Assembly (NCBI GenBank): GCA_022508465.1
Contig: JAFLVB010000002.1
Span: 628-64,627, forward strand
Direction of reading: 5' to 3'
Length of the DNA stretch: 64,000 nt
Source of the DNA: Clostridiales bacterium
Lineage (GTDB): Bacteria; Bacillota; Clostridia; Christensenellales; Pumilibacteraceae
Below, in pieces: positions 57,651 through 64,000 of this stretch (the stretch's first letter is position 1; each line of letters starts with the position of its first letter). The notes beneath the pieces are model-generated. The model did not search any database. It was given only the letters and a program-made list of their open reading frames with translations, and had not been told where the DNA came from. The translations under genes and the position numbers were made by a program.

Positions 57651-58283
57651 CTAATGCTTAACGGCTTCTTTAACCGTAACTAAACCGCCCTTGGGGCCCG
57701 GAATCGCACCCTTAATCAAAAGTACATTGCGTTCCGTATCAACCTTTATAATCTTAAGGTTTTTGATAGTAACTCTTTCATGACCGTAATGACCTGCCAT
57801 ATGCAATCCCTTGATTACCTTACTGGGAGTGCTGTTCGCACCCGAGGAACCACGCTCGCGGTGAACAGGTCCGGTACCGTGGGTCATCTTAAGACGATGT
57901 TGATTCCATCTCTTGATAGCGCCAGTAAAACCGCGACCTTTTGTAATACCTACAACGTCAACGGTGTCGCCACCCGAGAAGATATCGCACTTGATTACGT
58001 CTCCGATCTTATATTTGCTGCAATCGTCAAATCTGAATTCTCTGAGTACGCGCTTATACGGTACACCGGCTTTTTTCATCTGACCGGCAACGGGCCTACT
58101 GAGCTTGCGCTCCTCGACATCCTCGAATCCGCAAACTACTGCGTCGTGAGTGTCCTTGCCCTTAACCTTTATACCTACAACCACCAGAGGACCGGCCTCT
58201 ACTACTGTTGCCGGAACAGCCAAGCCCGTTTCGTCAAAGACTTGAAGCATTCCGAGCTTTTTACCTAATATAGCTTTTTCCAT
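57651..58283 (-). CDS. rplC: 50S ribosomal protein L3
   Basis: Canonical L3 (ILGKKLGMLQVFDE...GITKGRGFTGAIKRWN). Confidence 0.97.
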   Translation of the reverse strand: MEKAILGKKLGMLQVFDETGLAVPATVVEAGPLVVVGIKVKGKDTHDAVVCGFEDVEERKLSRPVAGQMKKAGVPYKRVLREFRFDDCSKYKIGDVIKCDIFSGGDTVDVVGITKGRGFTGAIKRWNQHRLKMTHGTGPVHRERGSSGANSTPSKVIKGLHMAGHYGHERVTIKNLKIIKVDTERNVLLIKGAIPGPKGGLVTVKEAVKH

Positions 58284-58303
58284 AATTCGTTCCCTCCGAT
58301 GCC

Positions 58304-58612
58304 TTATAACTTAATCTGGATATCTACACCGGCGGGTAAATCTAACTTCATAAGCGAATCAACCGTCTTTGCCGAAGGACTGTAAATATCTATCAGTCTT
58401 TTATGAGTTCTTAACTCGAACTGCTCGCGCGAATCCTTATATTTGTGTACGGCGCGCAGAATTGTGACAACTTCTTTGTCTGTGGGAAGCGGAATAGGTC
58501 CACTCACCTTGATACCCGTCTTTTTGGCCGTCTCTACGATTCGAGCGGCGCTTTGATCGATCAGGTCATGGTCATAAGCCTTAAGCTTAATTCTGATTTT
58601 TTGACTTGCCAT
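58304..58612 (-). CDS. rpsJ: 30S ribosomal protein S10
   Basis: Start is at [15 protein letters not shown] (ATG 58612) after GGAGGT. The upstream 69 codons of the track ORF are leader sequence. Confidence 0.96.
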   Translation of the reverse strand: MASQKIRIKLKAYDHDLIDQSAARIVETAKKTGIKVSGPIPLPTDKEVVTILRAVHKYKDSREQFELRTHKRLIDIYSPSAKTVDSLMKLDLPAGVDIQIKL

Positions 58613-58835
58613 TTTTAACCTCCATAGCAATCGACTCCGAACAACTCCGTCGTGTGTGTTAAACTCGCCTTTTAATTTAGACCGCTTTACGGTCCTACAT
58701 TCGACGATCCGAAGTCCGCACGGCTTTTGCCGCACTTGTCCGCCTGAGTTCTCCGCAATAATGCTAATTTTTAGTGCGGTAACCTCCGACATCAACCCCT
58801 CGGCGAGCATACTGCGCATAATGCACAGCTTACCT

Positions 58836-58864
58836 ATTATAATTTATCTGTCAAGGATTGTCAA
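58836..58864 (-). promoter_or_regulatory. Consensus sigma-70 promoter of the S10 operon
   Basis: On the minus strand: TTGACA (58859-58864), 17 nt, TATAAT (58836-58841). This predicts a leader of about 215 nt before rpsJ. Confidence 0.7.
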
Positions 58865-58967
58865 CGATTTTAATGGGATTTACTAAAAAAATTTTACTTT
58901 TTTTTGTAAAACCTTGCCATTTGATTTAGAAATTTGATTTGCCGCAATAAAATATGCTATAAATTTG

Positions 58968-58996
58968 TTTACTTTTTACTATAAAGGTGCTATAAT
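58968..58996 (+). promoter_or_regulatory. Candidate mscL promoter
   Basis: TTTACT, 17 nt, TATAAT (58991-58996). The -35 match is weak. Confidence 0.35.
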
Positions 58997-59025
58997 CCTT
59001 GTATAATAATTAAAGGAGTAACACA

Positions 59026-59589
59026 ATGAAGAAATTTTTCCGTGAATTTAAAGAGTTTATTTCTCGCGGCAACATTCTCGACCTTGCCGTAGGCATGATT
59101 ATCGGTGCTGCATTCACCGCAATCGTAACCGCATTAACAGCAAATATTCTTCAGCCGCTCATCAATTTTGCCCTCGTGAAGATTTTGGGCGGAGAAGGAC
59201 TCGAAGCTGCAATCACAATGCTCTCGCCCGCATATACGATAGTAGAAGGCAAAGAAGTTATTGATCTTGCCAATTCCATCTATATTGACTGGGGTGCATT
59301 TGTTGCCGCAATCATCAACTTTATCTTGATAGCACTTGTTCTGTTCATCATCATCAAGGTGCTTATGCGCGCAAAGGGCGCATCCGCTCCCAAGTATGGT
59401 CAGACTATCACCAAAGAGCAGTACAAAGCATATCGTAAGCAAGGCAAGAGCAAGGAAGAGATCGCTAAAATCGACGCAGAGCTCACCGCCGCTAAGAAAG
59501 CCGAAGAAGAAAAGGCTGCTGCCGAAGCTGCTGCAAACTCCACCGAAGCATTGCTTAAAGATATAAGAGACCTTTTGAAAAACAAATAA
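59026..59589 (+). CDS. mscL: Large-conductance mechanosensitive channel (long C-terminal tail, 187 aa)
   Basis: FKEFISRGNILDLAVGMIIGAAFTAIVTALTANIL, and a second TM followed by a K/E/A-rich tail. SD AAAGGAG present. Confidence 0.92.
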   Translation: MKKFFREFKEFISRGNILDLAVGMIIGAAFTAIVTALTANILQPLINFALVKILGGEGLEAAITMLSPAYTIVEGKEVIDLANSIYIDWGAFVAAIINFILIALVLFIIIKVLMRAKGASAPKYGQTITKEQYKAYRKQGKSKEEIAKIDAELTAAKKAEEEKAAAEAAANSTEALLKDIRDLLKNK

Positions 59590-59613
59590 GAGTTTAAATT
59601 ACTAATAACGAAA

Positions 59614-59645
59614 ACCGCCCGACCAAAGTCGAGCGGTTTTATTTT
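59614..59645 (+). terminator. Rho-independent terminator after mscL
   Basis: ACCGCCCGAC-CAAA-GTCGAGCGGT followed by TTTTATTTT. Confidence 0.75.
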
Positions 59646-59705
59646 GCTTTTCAACCAATAGAAAACAAATCCCTCTTTTTATATCTTTACTCCTATGTGA
59701 AATGT

Positions 59706-60212
59706 TTATATTGTTTTCATATCCGTTATTCCGAGTATATCTGCTTTATTTATTTCAATTATTATTGTTGTGTATTCAAGCCATAGCGCATGTCCATGTT
59801 TATATTCTTTATAATTAATATCCAATATTAGTTCTTTATTCTTTACGTATATTTTTTTTATTTTAAATCGTTTTGAATTACCGGTAGTAGAAAATATTAT
59901 AACTGCTTTGTCCGAAAAATATGTACCGTCATATTCTCGAAGTTTGGCACCCATTGAAGTTAAATAAGCAAAATATTCTTCTGAAAAAGCGGGATTGTCA
60001 TATGTATCACATATTTCTTTTAGCTCATCTAAAGAAGTAACTAATTCAAAAATTCCTTCCTCTGTATCTTGCCAACCAAACCTGCCTCCAAAAATATGAG
60101 CTTTATACCAAATCCTACCAGAAAGCCCTACGCCCAAACCCACGCCAAGTCCTATTGCCACAACTGCCAAGATAGATGAAACAACGATTATCCACTTCTT
60201 TTTCTTGCTCAC
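59706..60212 (-). CDS. Membrane-anchored protein of unknown function (168 aa), strongly AT-rich
   Basis: GTG start at 60212, 8 nt after GGAGG. N-terminal TM is WIIVVSSILAVVAIGLGVGLGVGL. I recognised no family. Confidence 0.55.
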   Translation of the reverse strand: MSKKKKWIIVVSSILAVVAIGLGVGLGVGLSGRIWYKAHIFGGRFGWQDTEEGIFELVTSLDELKEICDTYDNPAFSEEYFAYLTSMGAKLREYDGTYFSDKAVIIFSTTGNSKRFKIKKIYVKNKELILDINYKEYKHGHALWLEYTTIIIEINKADILGITDMKTI

Positions 60213-60369
60213 TTATTTTACCTCCTATTGGATAATTTTTTTGTAAAATGTTTTGTTATATATCACAATCATATCATACAATATTGCAGTTTGTCAATAT
60301 TTTTTTGAAATAATGTAAAAAAGTCTATTTATATGACTACCACACAGCAACTATATGCTAATGCACCGC

Positions 60370-60400
60370 AAAAGCCCCCGCGCAGTAGTTGCGAGAGGGC
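60370..60400 (-). terminator. Probable terminator after cysS
   Basis: Imperfect GC-rich stem GCCCTCTCGC / GCGCGGGGGC (2 mismatches), followed on the minus strand by TTTTG. Confidence 0.45.
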
Positions 60401-60435
60401 TTAAGTAAGCTATTTAAATCTTATTTATTTACTAT

Positions 60436-61815
60436 CTAATTCTTTTTTATATCGTAGCCGTCTTTTTTGTCGACAACGGTGTAGCCGAGGGCGGCTATTT
60501 GGTCGCGCAGAGCATCGCTAAGCGCCCAGTCTTTATTTTTACGCGCCTCTAACCTCTTGTCCGCAAGTTCTGCCACCTCGTCAGGGACCTCTATCTTCTC
60601 CTCCTGCGGGAGCGTGTCGAGGCGAAGTCCGAACACGGTATCGAACTTTTGCACAAGCTCGTAAATCTGCTTGGACGCAGGTTCTTTAAGCATATTCCAT
60701 AACACGCCGAGCGCGAGCGGAATATTTATGTCGTCGCTTATCGCATCGGTAAAATCTTTTTCGTACTTAGCAAGGGTTTCTTTCGGCGTTTCGGCTTTAC
60801 CGTTACGGTGCTCGTTTATCGCCGACAACAGCCTTGTATACGCCGTCTTAGCAGCGTCCATTGCGGCAAATGTAAAGTTGAGCGTCTTGCGGTAGTGCGT
60901 GTTGAGGCAGAAGTATCTGAACACCATTGGCGAGTAACCTTTTGCCTCGAGGTCGGCAACTGTATAAGTGTTGCCCAGCGACTTACTCATCTTGCCGCCG
61001 TCCACCTGCATAAATTCGCCATGCATCCAGTAGTTGACCGTTTGATGTCCTTCGAGCGCCTCGCTTTGCGCGATCTCGTTTTCGTGATGGACGGGGATAT
61101 GGTCGACGCCGCCTGTATGGATATCAAAGCGGTCGCCGAGATACTTCTTGCTCATTGCACTGCACTCTATATGCCAGCCGGGATAACCCATACCCCAGGG
61201 CGACGGCCATTGCATAATATGCTCCTTGGGCGCCTTTTTCCATAAAGCGAAATCGGCAGGGTGACGCTTTTCGTCGTTGACGTCAACGCGCGCGCCTGCT
61301 ATCTGATTGTCGAGGTTAAGTCCGCTCAGCTTGCCATATGTCGGGAATTTAGCTATATCGAAGTAAATTCCGTCGCTTGTCTCGTAGCCGTAGCCGAGGT
61401 CGACAAGTTTTACTACATAGTTAAGCATATCGTCGATATGCTCGGTCGCCTTGGCAATTATTTCGGGCTTGCCTATATTGAGCTTATTAAGGTCGTCCAT
61501 AAACGCCTTTGTATACATTTCGGCAATCTCGTAAACAGACTTTTGCTGTTCACGGCTCGCCTTAGCCATCTTGTCTTCACCCTCGTCGCCGTCGCTGAGT
61601 AGATGACCGACATCGGTGATATTCATAACGCCCTTGATCTTGTAACCGTTGTATTTAAGCGCACGCCTAACGCTGTCCATAAAGATGTACGCGCGCATAT
61701 TGCCTATGTGAGCGTAGTTATAAACGGTGGGACCGCACGAATACATAGTTACTGTTTTGCCAAGCGGCACGAATTCTTCCTTCTTGCGCGAAAGAGTGTT
61801 GTAAAGTTTTACCAT
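60436..61815 (-). CDS. cysS: Cysteine--tRNA ligase
   Basis: HIGN motif ([10 protein letters not shown]), KMSKS motif ([10 protein letters not shown]), and Zn-ligand context WHIECSAM. Confidence 0.96.
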   Translation of the reverse strand: MVKLYNTLSRKKEEFVPLGKTVTMYSCGPTVYNYAHIGNMRAYIFMDSVRRALKYNGYKIKGVMNITDVGHLLSDGDEGEDKMAKASREQQKSVYEIAEMYTKAFMDDLNKLNIGKPEIIAKATEHIDDMLNYVVKLVDLGYGYETSDGIYFDIAKFPTYGKLSGLNLDNQIAGARVDVNDEKRHPADFALWKKAPKEHIMQWPSPWGMGYPGWHIECSAMSKKYLGDRFDIHTGGVDHIPVHHENEIAQSEALEGHQTVNYWMHGEFMQVDGGKMSKSLGNTYTVADLEAKGYSPMVFRYFCLNTHYRKTLNFTFAAMDAAKTAYTRLLSAINEHRNGKAETPKETLAKYEKDFTDAISDDINIPLALGVLWNMLKEPASKQIYELVQKFDTVFGLRLDTLPQEEKIEVPDEVAELADKRLEARKNKDWALSDALRDQIAALGYTVVDKKDGYDIKKN

Positions 61816-61828
61816 AACTTCTCCTTGT

Positions 61829-62130
61829 TACTTTTTTGTAAAAAAGTAACCACCTACTTTTTTGTAAAAAAGTAGGCAAAAAACTTTTAATGTGGTTATA
61901 AACTGCTTATTTCTAAGCCCGGTCTTTAGCCCTATATGCAAGCTCGCTTGCTTACTTTTTTGTAAAAAAGTAGGCAAAAAACTTTTAATGTGGTTATAAA
62001 CTGCTTATTTCTAAGCCCGAGCTGTAGCCCTATATGCAAGCTCGCTTGCTTACTTTTTTGTAAAAAAGTAAGCAAAAAACTTTTAAGGATATATGCTCGG
62101 GCTGTTGCCCTAAATGCAGACTTGCCTGCC
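61829..62130. repeat. Tandem intergenic repeat array (98-bp period, about 3 units) with AT-rich perfect hairpins
   Basis: TACTTTTTTGTAAAAAAGTA occurs at 61829, 61855, 61953 and 62051. Units 61855-61952 and 61953-62050 differ at 3 positions. The third unit diverges after CTTTTAA and resembles the 35541 copy. Confidence 0.9.
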
Positions 62131-62151
62131 GCATAGCGACCTGCAATCGAA

Positions 62152-62562
62152 TTACAAAAATGACAGAACGTCGACTGCCTCATCGAGTGCCTTATACGCC
62201 TTGTCATATTCATCGGCAGGAAAAGCCTTCTTCATAGCCGTTTCTATTGTAGACAGTCTTGCGTCCAAGTATGCCTTGCCTGCATCGGTCAGCGAGTAGT
62301 AAACCACTCGTTTGTCGTACTGTTGCTTATCTTTTGTAATAAGCCCATCCTTAGCCATTTCGCTTGTTAAGAGCGCGAGATTGGTCTTGGCAAGATGCAA
62401 CGTAGTCATGATGTCCACGGGCGGCAAGCTTTTATCTCTGAGTAAGAATAAGATTTTGGTCTTGAGTGATAGAGTGTTTTTCGGTTTTCCACTCACGCTT
62501 TCGCACATGGTGGCACTACGCGTGGCAATTCTGAGCTCAACAAGTTTTTCGGCTAAATTCAT
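62152..62562 (-). CDS. MarR-family transcriptional regulator
   Basis: 136 aa with a wHTH pattern (ILFLLRDKSLPPVDIMTTLHLAKTNLALLTSEMAKDGLITK...DKRVVYYSLT). Confidence 0.8.
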   Translation of the reverse strand: MNLAEKLVELRIATRSATMCESVSGKPKNTLSLKTKILFLLRDKSLPPVDIMTTLHLAKTNLALLTSEMAKDGLITKDKQQYDKRVVYYSLTDAGKAYLDARLSTIETAMKKAFPADEYDKAYKALDEAVDVLSFL

Positions 62563-62600
62563 ATTTATCCCCTTATTATGCTAATTATGCAAGTATATAT

Positions 62601-62630
62601 ATTATATCCACTTTAATGCCGTTTTGTCAA
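62601..62630 (-). promoter_or_regulatory. Promoter of the MarR gene
   Basis: On the minus strand: TTGACA (62625-62630), 18 nt, TATAAT (62601-62606). Confidence 0.55.
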
Positions 62631-62766
62631 GGGGTAAAGGTAAATTCTAAGGCTGAAATTTAATTGCTTTATTCCATTATACCCGAGTAAAGCGTAACGA
62701 AATCTTTTAACTCTGCGAGTTCTCGGTTAAGGAGGGTGTGATTGGGTTATCCCCACCCCAAAACAT

Positions 62767-62794
62767 AAAACCCGTAAGTTGTCTTACGGGTTTT
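62767..62794. terminator. Bidirectional rho-independent terminator
   Basis: AAAACCCGTAAG-TTGT-CTTACGGGTTTT. It lies about 165 nt downstream of the LRR gene stop. Confidence 0.7.
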
Positions 62795-62960
62795 ACGTGG
62801 ACTTATGATCCGTTAACAAAAGGAGATCAAATATCACCAAGGATATTATTTAGTCTTTTTGTTACCCTCAACCGTCATTCGCTTTATGCATACCCCGACT
62901 ATACATTTATACATAGTATTAGTGAGAGGACTATATGGTTGCGGGTGTGATAATTACTGT

Positions 62961-64000
62961 TTAGTTCCAGGAAGTGGGCACCCCATTAACATAACGCCAA
63001 TAGTTACCCGACTTTTTGGACTTAGAATAGTAGTAAACCGTGATGTCGCTTTCGAGCGAAACGCCAAGCGGGTTCCATTGCGAGCTTGCAGAGCCTCTAA
63101 AGTAAATAGCTCTCAACTTATATCTATCTGCTCCCTTGATGATAAAGAATGCTGAAGGAGAAACTTTTTTGAGAACCTGATCGGCAGCAGACTTGCTTTC
63201 GCTTCCCACAACGATCCACTCGAGGTTGTAGCACATATAGAAGGTTTGCGCGCCGATTTCCTTAAGGCTTTCAGGCAAGATAATGCTTTTAAGAGCTTTA
63301 CACTCACCAAAGGCATAACTGAATCCGCCGTTAATAGCCTCGTCTGCGCCCAAAGATTCCAACTTGCTGTTTTCGCCGAAGTTAACACTTTGGAGCGACT
63401 CACAATTGTTGAATGCGCCACTATAAATAGTCTTAACGCTATCGGGAATATTAATCGTTTTAAGATTTGTGCAACAATAGAATGCGCAAACATCGATGTA
63501 CTCACATATGCTGTTTTCTTCAAAGGTAATACTGGTCATTACACCGGCACTTTCAAACGCATACTTACCAATATATTTTACGGTATTGGGAATGACTATT
63601 TCCTTAATCGAAATACAGTATGAGAAAACACGATCCTCGATAGACGTAATTCTGCCAAGATTAATAGTCTCGAGAACCTTACATTGCTGGAACGCATTTT
63701 GGCCTATGTAAGTGACAGTATCTGGAAGATTAATAAAGATTAAGTCAGAACAACCGGCGAATGCATACCTACCTACATACTCTAAGGTTTCGCCGAGGAT
63801 ATCAACACTTACAAGTCTTGTACCGCTAAACGCAAAATCACCGATAGTGGTAACGCTGGCAGGAATCATAATGCTTGCTATCTTGGAGTTGTAGTAGAAT
63901 GCATACGGAGCTATCGAATACTGCATTCCGTTAATACTGTTTGGCAATGCAAGCGCATGATCGTCACCATTGTATCCGATAAGGAATGCTTCGTTTTCGT
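62961..64000 (-). CDS. BspA-type leucine-rich-repeat surface protein, 5'-truncated by the window edge
   Basis: LRR_5-type repeats (IGDFAFSGT.L, VGRYAFAGCSDL, IGQNAFQQCKVL, and others). The reading frame stays open upstream of the TTG at 63947 all the way to position 64000. Confidence 0.8.
   Translation of the reverse strand, partial: ENEAFLIGYNGDDHALALPNSINGMQYSIAPYAFYYNSKIASIMIPASVTTIGDFAFSGTRLVSVDILGETLEYVGRYAFAGCSDLIFINLPDTVTYIGQNAFQQCKVLETINLGRITSIEDRVFSYCISIKEIVIPNTVKYIGKYAFESAGVMTSITFEENSICEYIDVCAFYCCTNLKTINIPDSVKTIYSGAFNNCESLQSVNFGENSKLESLGADEAINGGFSYAFGECKALKSIILPESLKEIGAQTFYMCYNLEWIVVGSESKSAADQVLKKVSPSAFFIIKGADRYKLRAIYFRGSASSQWNPLGVSLESDITVYYYSKSKKSGNYWRYVNGVPTSWN

Noticed and set aside
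61829-62130. Possibility that the repeat array is a CRISPR array.
   Set aside because: The period is 98 bp and whole units are near-identical, with no unique spacers. No cas genes are in the window. The repeat structure is unlike CRISPR repeats.
61816-62151. Expected cysteine T-box leader upstream of cysS. A T-box upstream of asnS and the small gene (1943-2180) was also checked.
   Set aside because: Neither region has a match to the conserved T-box sequence (complement of GGTGGTACCGCG), and there is no terminator/antiterminator arrangement.
61932-62213. 93-aa minus-strand ORF spanning the tandem repeats upstream of cysS.
   Set aside because: It is a translation of the repeat array and of the 3' end of the MarR gene region. 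It has no SD and a repetitive, non-protein-like sequence.
62738-62950. 70-aa plus-strand ORF starting at GTG next to GGAGGG.
   Set aside because: The SD-to-start spacing is about 1 nt. The ORF also reads straight through the bidirectional terminator hairpin at 62767-62794. It is most likely non-coding.
62795-62960. 165-nt untranslated stretch between the LRR gene stop and its terminator, considered as a small RNA or small ORF (for example the 22-codon MYKCIVGVCIKRMTVEGNKKTK).
   Set aside because: There is no SD, no promoter and no convincing structure. It is most simply a long 3' UTR.
1-64000. Search for tRNA, rRNA, transposase, integrase, toxin-antitoxin or known defence-system genes.
   Set aside because: No ORF translation or intergenic sequence resembled any of these. 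The window reads as core chromosome plus surface-protein genes.

Overview
The window looks like a chromosomal segment from a low-to-moderate-GC Firmicute, probably Clostridia-like given a KOW-domain gene between map and infA, a glgBCDAP-type operon and BspA-type LRR proteins. About 55 of roughly 62 genes are on the minus strand. In coordinate order it holds asnS with a small membrane-protein gene, then a six-gene Opp/Dpp-type ABC importer operon whose subunits are almost all oversized (2218-12997). Next come a 2799-aa membrane-anchored subtilisin-like cell-envelope protease fused to BspA-type leucine-rich repeats (13399-21798) and a glycogen operon, glgB-glgC-glgD-glgA-glgP plus a GH13 enzyme (21998-31662). 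These are followed by birA-bioY-DUF1284 with a recognisable BirA operator, a stand-alone [FeFe]-hydrogenase-like gene, and a DUF3737-patB pair. After that there is a 1621-aa LRR/Fn3-like lipoprotein, then the complete S10-spc-alpha ribosomal cluster from rpsJ to rplQ (43046-58612). The window ends with mscL, an AT-rich orphan gene, cysS, a MarR regulator and a third, truncated LRR protein. I recognised no tRNA, rRNA, CRISPR array, transposase or integrase. The best candidates for something undescribed are four. First, the non-canonical Opp-like transporter, especially an OppD-type ATPase fused to a roughly 12-helix membrane domain, sitting next to the giant protease. Second, a roughly 98-bp intergenic repeat family whose AT-rich perfect hairpin abuts the Shine-Dalgarno sites of cysS and the hydrogenase gene. 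Third, a zinc-ribbon form of ribosomal protein L24. Fourth, two apparently leaderless genes. All product calls come from reading the translations and motifs by eye; no database search was run.
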